Assembly: GCA_009914755.4 (NCBI GenBank)
Contig: CP068257.2
Coordinates: 38,112,001 to 38,176,000, forward strand
Reading direction: 5' to 3'
Source of the DNA: the human T2T-CHM13v2.0 reference genome, Homo sapiens
Length of the DNA: 64,000 nucleotides
In this document: piece by piece, positions 13,515 through 28,608 of the stretch
Position numbering within the stretch: position 1 is the stretch's first letter
How the letters are laid out: each line of letters opens with the position of its first letter
Position numbers and translations under genes: made by a program
Notes under the pieces: model-generated
What the model was told of the DNA's origin: nothing
The model's input: only the letters and a program-made list of their open reading frames with translations
Database searches by the model: none

Positions 13515-14928
13515 ACTCGTCCCTCAGACCAGCGCAAGGACTCTTAGAGCTATTCATGTTTTTTTTTTTCTTTGTTTGTTTGTTTTTTGTGACATATGAG
13601 GAAAAGTCTTGCCCCGTTAGCAAGCTTAGCACTGGGGCTTGCATTAGGGCCTTCTTTAGGGCGTGGAAAGCTGCTTCTGCTTCAGGTGTCCATCTTACTA
13701 AATGGGTATTGGCTTTCTGAGTTTCCTTAATTAGCGTATATAACGGTCTGGCTATTTTGCCGTACCTGGGAATCCATATTCGGCAGAAACCTGTTATGCC
13801 AAGGAACCCTCTTAGTTGCTTTAGGGTTTTGGGATGAGGATAAGCCAGTATAGGCTGGATACGTTCCTCACTGAGGGCCCTGGTGACTTTGGATAATTTT
13901 AGCCCTAAGCATTTAACCTGCTGTGAGCAGAGCTGAGCCTTTGGTTTGGAAACCTTGTAGCCACAGGTAGTGAGGAAATTTAAGAGCGCTTGGGTGGCTT
14001 GATGGCACAAGGTTTCTGAACGGGCAGCTAAAAGTAAATCATCCATGCACTGAAGGACAGGAGTGTCCAGGTATGAGAACTGGCTCAAGTCTTGGGCTAA
14101 TGCCTGGCCAAATAGATGGGGACTATCCCTGAACCCTTGGGGTAAAACAGTCCAGGTGAGTTGAGATGTTGGGTTTGAAGGATCTTCAAATGCAAACAAG
14201 AATTGAGAGTCAGGATGTACAGGGATGCAGAAAAAGGCATCCTTAAGATCCAGGACTGTAAACCACTCTGCTTCCTCTGGTATTTGGGAAAGCAGAGTAT
14301 AAGGGCTAGGTATAGCTGGGTATAGAGGAAAAACAGCCTCATTGATAATCCTGAGATCTTGCACTAACCTCCACTGTCTTTTGGGTTTCTGTACTCCTAA
14401 AATTGGAGTATTGCAGGGGCTACTGTATGGTTTTACTAGGCCTTGGGCTTTTAGGTCCTTAACAATCTTTTGGAGTCTTTGTTGGGCCTCGGGTCTGAGG
14501 GGGTACTGCCTTTGATAGGGAAAGGAGGTGGAATCCTTTAGTTTAACTTGGACAAAATGGGCATTCTTTGCTTGTCCATATTGTCCTTCTGTTGCCCAGA
14601 CTTCAGGACTAATTCCTTCCTCAAGCAGGAGATGACAAATGGGTGTTCCTTCTCCTATGTTCAGGTGTATAATGGCCCCTGCTTTTACTAGAATCTCTCT
14701 CTCTAACAAGGGAGTGAGGCTTTCAGGCATAATTAGGAAAGCATGTGAAAAGGGTAAAGCTCCCCAGTCACAACTTAGTGGCTGGAAGAAGTATCTAGTG
14801 ACTGGCTGTCCTAGGACCCCTCGGATAGTGACAGATCTGGAGGACAGTTGTCCGGGACAGGAGAGTAAGACTGAGAAGGCCGCACCGGCGTCCAGGAGAC
14901 AGTTAACCTCTTGGCCCTCAATGGTCAA
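13489..14928 (-). pseudogene. HERV-W pol fragment covering protease and reverse transcriptase.
   Basis: 479-aa ORF with a degenerate LLDAGA protease motif (DTGA-like) and an RT CMDDLLLAA motif (YVDD-type, class I). In a different frame from the downstream pol piece. Confidence 0.75.
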
Positions 14929-15036
14929 GCATACCTGGGGCTCTGTGAGGGTGATGGCATGGGCTGGCGCTTGCCCTGGGCACCCTCAGCCCTGCTGCTG
15001 GATCATCTGGTTAGTGTCTTCTGACTCAGAGGACCT

Positions 15037-15600
15037 TCATCCCCTGGGGCAGTGGGCCTTCCAGTGATTCCCTTGACATAAGGGGCATGGACAAGAGGGC
15101 GGCTTACTTCTACTTGGACAATCTTTTTTAAAGTGTCCTTGTAGACCGCACTGGAAGTAAGCCCTATTAGGCATTCGATTTGCCCAGCTTTTCCCTTTTA
15201 CAGAGCCTCCAAAGTCCACTTGCCTGAGGGCCATGACTAAAGTGATGGCCTTTTTTTTATCCTGTTTGTCCTGTTCTGCCTGCTCCTCCTGATCTCTATT
15301 ATAAAAAAGCGAGGTTGCCAAGTTCAATAGGGTTTCTAAGTTTTGCTCCAGGCCTAAGACAGACTTTTGAAGTTTTTTCCTAATGTCTGCAGCTGACTGA
15401 GTGATAAACTTATCCTTTAAGATTAGTTGGCCTTCACTAGAGTCAGGTGACAGGGAGGTATGCTTCCTCAATGCCTCCCTTAGTCTCTCCAGAAAGGCAG
15501 TAGGATTTTCTTCCTTTCCCTGTGCTATAGTGTACATCATTGAATAATTCACAGCCTTCTTCCTAGTTTTCCTTAGTCCTTCTAGCACACACGTGAGCAA
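15037..15600 (-). pseudogene. HERV-W gag fragment covering capsid and nucleocapsid.
   Basis: 187-aa ORF ending in a CCHC-type zinc knuckle, CPLCQGNHWKAHC. Confidence 0.7.
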
Positions 15601-15704
15601 ATGTCTGCGGCACCAATCTCCATGTTCTGATTCTGTGTGCCAGTGAGGGTCTACACTGGGGACTGCCTGCTGCCCTGTGGGGAATCATTCTCTTTCTTCT
15701 GTTG

Positions 15705-16214
15705 TCATCCTGTCATTGACCTGACTGAGATACCAGAGATCGCCAAACTCTCAGGCTGCAGTAATGGTGGCACTTTTTCATTTGGGGTTAGTGTCTGATT
15801 TAGCAGTAACATTATATCTCTCCATGTCAGATCAAAGGATTGTCCTAACCCTTGTAAAACATCAATATAGCCATCAGGGTTATCTGAGAATTTACCTAGG
15901 TCTATTTTAATTTGCTTTAAGTCTGAGAGAGAAAAAGTTACATGCACTCTGGCTGGGCTGAATTCTCCTCCTCCCGCTGCTTGGAGGGGGCATAATCGGG
16001 GAATATTGGCACTCTTTGGTTCATTGTTTACCCCTTTGTCTATCTCCTTTTGGACCATTTGGGCTGAAGCGGGGGTTCTTATTAGTTGGGGAAGGAGTCG
16101 GGGGATGTTGGGGTAGGGAGGTAGATTCTGAGGGCTTCCTGTAGGGCACAAGTCATACTTTTTGCATAACTGCGAGTTGTCTCTTAATGAAAAGAAAGTT
16201 TGTACATATGGCAC
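15705..16214 (-). pseudogene. HERV-W gag N-terminal fragment (matrix/p15-like).
   Basis: 169-aa ORF upstream of the CA-NC piece on the same strand, separated by frame disruption. Confidence 0.55.
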
Positions 16215-17598
16215 TTCACTCCATTTGCCTTCTTTTCTACAAAAGAGGTCTAGCTGTAAGATGGTGTTATAATTTATACTTCCCTCAGGAGGCCAGCTTT
16301 CTTCCCCTTGAAGAGAATATCACGGCCAGGCGGTACTGCAGAAGAATATAAGTCATTTCTTTCTTAGCGTCTGAGGGTCAAATTGGTCCTAATTCTCCAG
16401 AATACATCTTAGGGGCAATTTTGCCTTGGGGGGAACGTTTCCCATCTGAAAAAGGAACATAGGGATGCCAGCATCCCTAGTCATTTTCCGATGAGCATTA
16501 GTCCTAGAGTGTCCTCTGTGGTCCTAATGCTTATTCCTTTCCAGGGTGCGTAACCACCCATGGACCTCTGCTTATCGGATTAGTTACACTCACCGATGTA
16601 GCAGTCCTGCACCTGTTTTCCCGCCTTTCTTGACCACAAAGAAAGGGGTCCGGGCTGCTGGATTCTAGTGGTCCTTTACCAGCGTGCCCAACATTGCCTT
16701 TGCGCTCAGGGGTGAGTCCTAGAGCTGGGCTGGGTTCCTGAGTATTTCATAACAACCCAGCTGCCCCATCAAGATGCATTCCCATAAACAACAGTTTTTA
16801 TGCAAATTCGTTTCAGAGAGGGTGTAGCGAACCTTTTGAGTCAGGATTGAGATAGTCTTTTGATTCTGTAAGTACTTTAAGGCTTGGCTGAGTGCAAACA
16901 GCTCGCACATTTGAGGAGACCAATTATTAGGCAATTTTTCTAACTCTGCTTCCACAAGAGTCTCCGTATCAATTACTGAATACCCATTGTGTTTTTTTCC
17001 TCAATCACCTGGGAGGAACCATCTATCATCCTGTCCTGAAGGAAGATCCTCCTAGGTCTGGTCGGACCTTTGTATGGTAATTAAGATGTAAATCCCCTGT
17101 TAGAAAATCTGCTGGGTTAAGGGAATTATCAGCGGTTGGAGTTACATTACTTTTTTCTAACATAATGGCCCCATACTTTAAGATTTTTGAGTTAGTAAGC
17201 TACCTTTTTGCTTTTTTGACTTAGACTAATTCTGAACTGGTGAGGTGTGCTCACAGCGAAGTTTCCTCTAAAAGTTACTTTTCTACTTTTAGCAAAGCAG
17301 TTGCCGCTACCAACTGAATGCATTTGGTTCATCCGTGGGTTACTGGGTTAAGGATTTTAGACAGGAAGGCTATGGGTTGTCAGTGGCCTCAGTGCTTTTG
17401 GGCTACGCCCTTATTTACACTGACAACAAAGTGGCATTGGAGTGTTATAGGTTCATAGAGAAGATCTTCAATTATCAATTATGGGTTTCAAATTTACCCT
17501 GGCTTTTAAAGGAATAGGGCACACTTTTTTTTTTAACTATTTCTTTTTCTTTCTTTTACTCTTTGACTTCCTTGGAATCCGTGAGGCCAAGAACCTGC

Positions 17599-17670
17599 CT
17601 CTCTGTCTCTCTCTCTCTCTTCATCTCTCTCTCTCTCTCTCCATCTCTCTCTCTCCGTGTCTCTCTCTTA
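17599..17670. repeat. (CT)n-rich microsatellite inside the HERV-W leader, ~300 bp upstream of the IGSF5 initiator exon.
   Basis: ctctctgtctctctctctctcttcatctctctctctctctctccatctctctctctcc. Confidence 0.9.
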
Positions 17671-17975
17671 GCCATTACAAACTTGGGGCCCTGGCAAGGG
17701 TGGTGGGGAACGGGTCCTGCATAACTGCTCATGTCAAGAGCTGTATACCTAAATTAGGAGGGACGCCAGGGATAAGACTCCCTGGGCTATAGCCTAGGTG
17801 CCTGAGGACGCAGCGTAGAGCTTCCTTAGATCCCTTTGGAGATACAACTTGCTAGAGGAAATGAAAGTCTGAACCATTAGTACCTAGGAGGCAGGGATCA
17901 GAGGAAATAGATTCAGAGGTAAGGAGAATTTTGGGGCTATACTTTCAAGAAAGTCGTGTTCGGGACCCAGGAGGT

Positions 17976-17992
17976 ATGGGTCAGAAGGAAAG
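17976..17992 (+). CDS. IGSF5: IGSF5 initiator exon, coding part only: ATG GGT CAG AAG GAA AG, then GTAAGG donor at 17993. Encodes MGQKE plus two bases of the next codon. Exon 5' end and TSS not determined.
   Basis: ATG followed by a strong donor (AG|GTAAGG). The phase-2 end joins exactly to the acceptor at 18680-18681, giving AGG=R. The result MGQKE-RSTADTL matches my recollection of the human IGSF5 N-terminus. Lies inside the antisense HERV-W leader. Confidence 0.6.
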
Positions 17993-18354
17993 GTAAGGGC
18001 GCATGCGTGGGCGACTGTTGAGTAGAGACTTCTGGCTGAGCCATGATCTCAATCAGCTACTGCTGGGAGGTCGGGACGACAGCTTTCTGCCTCTAGTTGG
18101 CCCTTGGTTTCCCCAAGAAAATTGAAAGTGGAAGCTGGCTCCAGGCAGACCAATGTCCCCAACAACCCCAGAAGGGTTGGGGGTTGTTAGAAAGCCCTTC
18201 CCCAGATAGCCTCACACCTGAGTCTTAAGTCAGGCGGCCACGCTAATCGTTTTTAACTGGCCGACAGGTGTCCGGTATTTTCCTCCACCTCTAAGGAAGG
18301 CTAGGACAGTATAGCAAGCGAAAGTGGTCCAATATTACTCACTGCTTTGGATGT

Positions 18355-18372
18355 CCCTTCGTGGTTGCCAAA
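18355..18372 (-). other. Primer-binding site, TGGCAACCACGAAGGGAC on the minus strand (tRNA-Trp type, the W of HERV-W).
   Basis: An 18-mer immediately 3' of U5 on the minus strand. + strand: gtcccttcgtggttgcca. Confidence 0.6.
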
Positions 18373-18893
<521 letters not shown>

Positions 18894-18897
18894 CCAT

Positions 18898-18909
18898 CCC
18901 TCTTTTTCT
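18898..18909. repeat. Target-site duplication (right copy), CCCTCTTTTTCT.
   Basis: See 11697-11708. Confidence 0.8.
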
Positions 18910-19540
18910 ATCTCTACTTTTTCTCAATTATCTTCAGCTCAAAATAATTTATATGCCAAAATGGCATATTTTGGGGTGGCATATCCTAATCCCTTTCAGC
19001 ATAGAGGTTTATTTTTTTGAATCAATAACTGAGGAATAATTATTCTTACTAAAACTCAATAATTCAACTCAGAAGGGTCTTCCAAAGAAGTTGGTCTCCC
19101 AGCATGCTCTGGGTTCTGTTTGCTTGCTGATGGAACACAGTTAACATAGCTCACGGGACTCGTGATGCTTGCGTGCTGTGAATAATAAGACACTTTCGGA
19201 ATGGGGGCTCAGCACACTGTCAGGGCTCTCAGAGTTTGCCATTGTTATCATTATTATTATTAGCTATCATTGTTTTTATTGCCTACTATTACAATTTCTA
19301 ACATGCCTCTATTCGCCCTTCAAGTGAGTAAAACATTCCTCAGAACTTGCCTGGCAAAAGCACCTTGGAGAAGTTCAGGCTGCTGGTGAGGGTCTAGGGC
19401 TGACCCCAGCACGCCCTAAGGAAGGTCAGCCCAAGGGCAGGCACTTGGCTTGGTTAGTTGCTTTCTCCTGCCTAGGCTAAGTGTTAAGTGCTCTCTGAAT
19501 AGCCACTGCATAAAATTAGTGGATAACACAACTAACCTGG

Positions 19541-19886
19541 TGAATTAGTCTGTTTTCACGCTGCTGAAGTCATACCCGAGACCGGGAAGAAAGAGTTTTA
19601 ATGAACTCACAGCTCCATGTGGCTGGGGAGGCCTCACAATCATGGCCGAAGGTGAAAGGCACTTCTTACATGGCAGCAGCAAGAGCGAATCAGAGAGCCA
19701 AGCAAAAGGGATTTCCCCTTATAAAACCATCAGAACTCATGAGACTTATTCACTACCAGAGAACAGTATGGGGAAACTGCCGCCATGATTCAGTTATCTC
19801 CCACCAGGTCCCTCCCACAACAGGTGGGAATTATGGGAGGACAATTCAAGATGAGATTTGGGTGGGGACACAGCCAAACCATATCA
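19541..19886 (-). repeat. Second THE1-type MaLR LTR in the same orientation, ~80% similar to the 10579 copy.
   Basis: Same signature: gaattagtctgttttcacgctgctgaa...gagatttgggtggggacacagccaaaccatatca. Confidence 0.7.
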
Positions 19887-20539
19887 CCTGGCCACATGGC
19901 CTGGGGGTTCCAGGAACCTGGAAGTGGACTTAACTGTAATATCAAAGAAGAAGCTCCTCTGCCAACACTGACTTAGCAGAACTGTTTAATGAATTAGTTA
20001 CTTAGGAATGACGGGAGTTACCTCCAAGTTAATAAGGATGATGAAAATTCATTATTTACACAAGGAAACCCACAGAACCAGGCAAGAGACCACCTAAAAT
20101 TTTGTTCACCTAAAATTCTAGAGTTCTTTGAGCAAACCAAATGAGTGGTTGTATCATTTTAAATTCACAGGAATAGATAGGAAGTCTAGGTCATTAACAT
20201 AATTTGTGCTCTCAGTTCATTTTTCAAGTGGGCTTCCTATTGCATTTTTCTTCTGATTCAGTTGAGCTAGGGTGACAACTCCTAAATGTGTGATATTTTC
20301 AGCTAAGTGCTAGTGTCCAAGGACAAGGCAACTCTGGAAAGAAAATGGTTTAAGTGAGCAGTAGCCAGAGAAACAGAGTGCACATGAAAAACTCTGGCAA
20401 AAAAAAAAAAAACCGATTCCTGTTAAAAATGGCTTTTAACACTGAAGCACTGAAGGATTAAATGTTCATAATTTAGAATTGATGATTATACCAGATTTTC
20501 AGATATGGCCATTTTCTGTGGAGGGAGAAACACTACTCT

Positions 20540-21190
<651 letters not shown>

Positions 21191-21587
21191 AAAATAATGT
21201 GCTAGTTGTGAAAAGGAATGATTTTCACACTATAATTTTTTTATTTTAATGGAGTGGTTGTGGTCAACTGAAGTTCCACCAGAAGTAAGGAAAACAGCCA
21301 GTGAGGTTAGCAGTAAGCCTCAGCACTCACTGAATTGTGACGTGCAGCTGAAGTCATCCTGAGAAAGTTGCATTGGATGACAAAAAGGACACAAATGAGA
21401 CAAGTGTCTGGTTATTGTATAACACACACAAAAATTAACTTTTCTGCTACCTTCTTAGGTTCAGCACCAGGCGCCTGCGGAAGAAACATAAAAGACAAAT
21501 TAACGGGAGAAAAAAAATGTTTATGCCTTATGCATATGGGAGCCAACAAAGGAAGTAGCTGGCTCATTAATAGAGTTAAAGAGTTAA

Positions 21588-22016
<429 letters not shown>

Positions 22017-22828
22017 TAAGGACGCACCTGTGACACAGCCTCAGGAGGCCCTGAAAACATGTGCCCAAAGTGGTCAGGGCACAGCTTGGTTTTATACATT
22101 TTGTGGAGGCATGAGACATCAATCAGTAAGTGTAATGTGTACATTGGTTCGGTCTGGAAAGGTGGGACAATTCCAAGTGGGGGCTTCCAAGTTGTAGGTA
22201 GACAAGAGACACAAGGTTGATCAGCCTCTCACTGAATACACAATTTACATGTGAGAGAGGGGTAGAGGAATAGGCAGTTATGCCTTGTCTGACTCAATGA
22301 ATCTGTATTTTTACTAAGCAATACGGCAGAGAAAGCAATCAGATACACATTTGTCTCAGGTAAGCAGAGAGATGACTTTGAGTTCTGGCCTTTGCTCCGC
22401 ACCTGTGAAGATCAGCTACAATTTACATTGCCAGGGTGAAATTCAACGGAACTGTTTTTAAGGTAAAGATCTTGAGGCCCACAAGGGAATTTTTCTCATG
22501 GGCAAATTGTGAAGGAGGTATGCAGCTTTTTCATCTTTATAGCTATCTTATTTAGGAATAAAATGGGAGGCAGGTCTGCCTGATACAGTTCCCAGCTTGA
22601 CTTTCTCCCTTTGGCTTAGTGATTTTGGGGTCCCGTGATTTATTTTCCTTTCACACCTTCAACTGGAAGGAAGAGCATTCTCCGCCTCCCCTGGCCCCAT
22701 TTACTTGCTTCTTGGTCTTTAAATATGTTAGCTATATCTTCCATTGGTGCCTATTACATGCAGAAATCCTTGATTCTGAGTTCCCTGACAAGATTATCAA
22801 AAAGGACCATTAAAAAAGCAGACCTTTG

Positions 22829-22996
22829 ACTGGGTGTGGTGGCTCCCACCTGTAATCCCGGCACTTTGGAAGGCTGAGGCTGGAGGACTGCTTGAGCCTA
22901 GGAGCTCAAGGTTGCAGTGACCTATGATCGTGCCACTGCACTCCAGCCTGGGTAACAGAGCAAGACACTGTCTCCAAAAAAAAAAAAAAAAAAAAG
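22829..22996 (+). mobile_element. Alu with an internal deletion: left-monomer start joined to right-monomer end, plus poly(A).
   Basis: gactgggtgtggtggctcccacctgtaatcccggcactttggaaggctgaggctggaggactgcttgagcctaggagctcaaggttgcagtgacctatgatcgtgccactgcactccagcctgggtaacagagcaagacactgtctccaaaaaa. Confidence 0.8.
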
Positions 22997-24489
22997 CAGT
23001 TCAGTATGGTGCTGAACATCAGGTTCTTGGGACACAGTCTTCCAGAACTGTCACAGTGCTCTGCAAAGCCACGTTCCTGTGTTCATCTCCTAGCACTTGG
23101 GGGTGGGGGGTTGGAGCTCTGCCCTATCCACCAGTCCTCCAGCAAATGCCATGGAAGCCACACTTACTCCTAATGGCTGTCTCATCCAGAGGACGCACCC
23201 TCGGGACTTTTTTCTTTCTTAAGAGGATTTGTTCTTGTGGATGTCAAGGTGCCTGGCTGGGAGAAGGAGCCAGTTCCACCAGCCGCTGGGCCTTTGCTGG
23301 AGGCAAGGTCAGTCAGCCAGGCAGCATGTTTTGGGCAGGAAGGATCTGTCAGCCTCCAGCTGGTGGAAGAGGACCAGGGCGGGAGCTGAGCAGTGCCTTG
23401 ACTCCGAAGGACTTGGAAGAGGAGGGAGAGGGAGTGGAGGCCGGAGTGGAGAGGATAGACTGGCCCTGAGGCCTCTGCGTTCCCAGCCCGGGGCCTGGAC
23501 TTCCTGTGTTTGGCTGCTGTTTGGAGCTTGGTGATGATTAATGAGGAAATACGCACTCTGAAGAGCTTATACCTCCCTGGACTGTGAGGCCACATCTGCA
23601 TTTATAACACAGTCTGTGATGTGACAGAGCCATTTCTTGAGGAACTTTGGTTCTGGTGAGGCAGCATCAGGACTCTCTAGAGGCCAGACAAGAGTGTGTT
23701 TCTACATTTGTATGGAGAGAGGACAAGAGCCACGAAGAGGCCTTTAGGAAATGAAGCACCCTTGCTGAAGCCCTCCAAAGGGTTTACCTGTCATCTGGGG
23801 TAAGACAACTCCAGTTTGTGGCTCCCCTGTGACAGGTGTTTGCCAAGTGAGTTTCTCCATAGGGCCCCTCAAGCCCCGCACAGGCCGTTATCTGGGTTTC
23901 CCAGGAAAGTGCTGGACATTTGCACACATGATCTTCGCTTTCCAACTTCCACAGAGTTAAAAACTACAAGCGTGGGCTTCTCTGAGAAGTTCAGAATTTC
24001 TGGATGGTTTCTAATCAGTGAGTGTCGCTTTCACAGTGAACTGTTCTTGGGATGGGTTGAAAGCTGAGACTTGGCTGAAATTTGATGGGCTGGGTGGGGT
24101 GGGGTCAGGATTCAATTAATAGAAAGTTTTTAAAAAAACTTTTACCGACTTCGAGGGTACAAATGCAGTTTTGTTACATGGAGATATTGTGCAGTGGGGA
24201 AGTCTGGGCTTTTGGAAAGGACTGACTCATGACGTCTGCCATTCATTGGACAAGCTTGTAAATGCCTTTTCCACCCTCTAATGAGAAGCCTTAGGGAAAG
24301 TAGAATTGTCCCAAAGTCTCTGGAGGTTCTGAGAAGGCCGACCCTGAATGCAAGATGCTCAGAGCTGGAGTCTTCCGAGTGCAGGAGAAATGCCAGCACC
24401 TTTTTATTGAGCCGTGGCGGTGTCCAGGTTGCTCCTTAGTCCCTTGCATGGTTTTTGTTACAGCTATTTCTTTCTTCTTTTTTTCTTTA

Positions 24490-26823
24490 CTTTTAAAAAA
24501 TTTCAATAGTTTTTGGGGTACTGGTGGTTTTTGGTTACATGAATAAGTTCTTAAATGGTGATTTCTGAGACGTTAGTGCACCTGTCACCCGAGCAGTGTA
24601 CACTGTGCCTAATATGTAGTCTTTTATCCCTCACCCCGTTCCTCCCTGAGTCCCCAAAGTCCATTGTGTCATTCTTGTGCCTTTGCATCCTCATAGCTTA
24701 GCTCCCACTTATAAGTGAGAACATATGATGTTTGGTTTTCCATTCCTGAGTTACTTCACTTAGAATAATGGCCTCCAGCTCCATCCAAGGTGCTGCAAAA
24801 TATGTTATTTTATTCCTTTTTTTTATGACTAAGTAGTAGTCCATGGTGTATATATACCGCATTTTCTTTATCTACTCATTGGCTGCTGGGCATTTAGGTT
24901 GGTTTCATATTGTTGCAATTGCAATTGTGCTGCTATAAACATGCATGTGCAAGCGTCTTTTTCATGTAACGACTTCTTTTCCTTTGGGTAGATACCCAGT
25001 AATGGGATTGCTGGATCAGATGGTAGTTTTACTTTTAGTTCTTTAAGGAACCTCCTACTGTTTTTCATAGTGGTTGTATAATTTACATTCCCAGCAGTGT
25101 AAAAGTATTCCCTTTCACCACATCCACACCAACATTTATGGCTTTGTCTTTTATGATAATTCTTGCAGGAGTAAGGCAGCATCTCATTGTGGTTTTAACT
25201 TGCACTTCCCTGATTAGTGATGTTGAGTATTTTTCATATGTTTGTTGGCTGTTTGTATATCTTCTTTTGAGAATTGTCTATTCATGTTCTTTGCCCACTT
25301 TTTGATAGACTTATTCTTTTTTTTTTCTTGCTGATTTGTTTTAGTTCCTTGTAGATTCTGGATACTAGTCCTTTGTTGGAGGCATAGTTTGCAAATATTT
25401 CCCCCCACTCTGTGGGTTGTGTGTTTACTCTGCTGATTATTTCTTTTGCTGTGCAGAAGCTTTTTAGTTTAACTAGGTCCTATTTATTTATTTTTTGCAT
25501 TTGCTTTTGAGGTCTTAGTCATTAATTCTTTGCCTAAGCTAGTGTCCAGGCATTTTTTCTGATGCCATTTTCTAGAATTCTTAGAGTTTCGGGTCATAGA
25601 TTTAAGTCTTTCATCTATCTTGAGTTAGTTTTTGTATAAGGTGAGAGATGGGGATCCAGTTTCATTCTTCTATGTGTGGCTTGCCAATTACCCCAGGATC
25701 ATTTATTTAATAGGGTGTCCTCTCCTCAATTTATTTTTTTTGTATGCTCGGTTGAAGATCAGTTGGCTGTAAGTATTTGGCTTTATTTCTGAGTTCTCTA
25801 TTTTGTTCCATTAGTCTATGTGCCTATTTTTATACCAGTACCAAGCTGTTTTGGTAAGTATAGCCTTGTAGTATAATTTGAAGTCAGGTAATGTGAAGCC
25901 TCCAGATTTATACTCTACAGTTGTTGGGAAGAATGTTCTGTAAATATCTGTAAGTTCCATTTGTTCTAGGGTATAGTTTATGTCCATTGTTTCTTTGTTG
26001 ACTTTCTGCCTTGATGATCTGTCTAGTGTTATCACTGGGGTATTGAAGTCCCCCACTATTATTGTGTTGCTGTCTATCTAATATTGTAGGTCTAGTAGTA
26101 ATTGTTTTTAAAATCTGGGTGCTCCATTGTTAGGTGCATATAAATTTAGGATTGTAATATCTTCTTGTTGGATTAATTCTTTTATCACTATATAATGCCC
26201 TTCTTTGTCTTTTTTTTTTAACTGTTGTTGCTTTAAAGTCTGTTTTGTCCGAAATAAGAATAGCTACTTTTGCTTGCTTTTGGTTTCCATTTGTGTGAAA
26301 TATCTTTCTCCAACCTTTCACCTTGAGTTTATGTGAGTGCTTAGGTGTTAGCTGAATCTCTTGAAGACAGTAGATATTTGGTTGGTGTTTTTTTTGTTTT
26401 TTTTTAGTCCTTTCTGCCATTTTTAATCTTTTAAGTGGAACATTTAGGCCATTTACATTAGGTCAATATTAAGATGTGAGGTACTGTTGTATTCATCATG
26501 TTAGTTGTTACCTAGATACTTCTATTTTTAATTGTGTTATTGTTTTATAGACCCTGTGAGATTTATGCTTTAAGCAGGTTCTATTTGGGTGCATATCAAA
26601 CTTCTGTTTCAAGATTTAGAACTCCTTTTAGCATTTCTTGTAGTGCTGGTTTGGTAGTGGCAAATGCCTTTAGCATTTTTTGTCTGAAAAAGACTTTATC
26701 TCTCATTTATGAAGCTTAGTTTTGCTGGGTATAAGATTCTTGACTGACAATCATTTTGTTTAAAGAGGCTAAAGATAGGACTTCAATCCCTTCTGGCTTA
26801 TAAGGCTTCTGCTGAGGAATCTG
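24490..26823 (-). mobile_element. L1 (L1PA/L1PB-like), 5'-truncated: 3' UTR plus ~2.1 kb of ORF2 in the complement.
   Basis: The + strand begins with the complement of the L1 3' UTR (tttcaatagtttttggggtac...cccacttataagtgagaacatatgatgtttgg...). Minus-strand ORFs 24868-25182, 25214-25408, 25811-26056 and 26130-26420 translate to L1 ORF2 segments (e.g. ...[12 protein letters not shown]...). Confidence 0.85.
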
Positions 26824-27772
26824 TATGGCTATTTCCCACCAACCTTGAGCAGGCACTTGCCCCCTATTGTTTGTTTTTGAGCTTCTTGCCATTGCCCCAA
26901 ACATGACATTTTCTGCCACTTTTGAAGACTCCATTATCAAGCCGTTTCCAATAATCCAAAAATAAGGGGCTGAGTGCGATCTCAAAAGCACCAATGTTCT
27001 TTCTGAGAGGACTAGCTTGGTGAGTCCTGGCTGATCTTCTGAGTGTGTTTGCCTCTCGTCAGGACAGGGAGGAATTGGTGGGTGGCTAAATCCTGTCTAT
27101 TTAATACAGTTTAATAAGACTAAAGACTTTAAGAATAAAAGATTTTTCAACTAAGTGTAGGTAATTCAAGTCTGCTATAATGAAATGAAAGACAAGTTAA
27201 ATCTCAAGTCCTGTTCAGACTACCCCACAGGGATATTCATGAACAATACCCGGCATATGTCTTTAATTAAAACAGCTTGTCTGATTTCAGTTAAACTTGA
27301 AATCAGCTTTATGACAGTGTTCCAACTGCATACACCCTTCAAATGCTATCCCCTCTCAAATCCATATCTGTAGCAGCCTCACTGCTTGGTTCCTGGAGCT
27401 CTGAGGGTGTTTTTGCACTGCCTGCCCTGTGATTCTGCTAGACTCCTCTTTCATACAGAGATGAAATGTGGATGACATGTGAGGGTATTGGCAGAATGGA
27501 GTGTTGAGTAAGTTAAGCAATCTGTTCTTAGTCTGTTGCCTGACTCTACCTGCTTGTCGGGGACTAGAAGTCTTTCCTAACAGACCTTAATCTATTGCTG
27601 TGTCATTTTCTGTAACACTGGGTTCACACTTGGCAGTGACTGCTTTTGGTAAAATATGTAATTTTTTACAACTGGACGACTCAATTTCTCCTTCATCCTC
27701 TGCTAGAGCCTGACATTCCAGATGACTACTTGTGGAGTTGTGTTAATCGAACCTTAAAAATTATTAAATGAT

Positions 27773-28266
<494 letters not shown>

Positions 28267-28281
28267 TCAAACCTTATATTA

Positions 28282-28608
<327 letters not shown>

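Noticed and set aside
12357-16214. Long minus-strand ORFs (385 aa and 479 aa) as functional genes.
   Set aside because: They are gag and pol pieces of a HERV-W retrocopy, split across frames with degenerate active-site motifs. Retroviral pseudogene, not cellular genes.
22924-23601. Overlapping ORFs of 181 aa, 139 aa and 101 aa on both strands in a GC-rich patch.
   Set aside because: The first begins in an Alu poly(A) tail. All overlap each other in different frames and show no conservation-like or splice features. Most likely a GC-rich intronic segment. I could not link it to IGSF5 exons.
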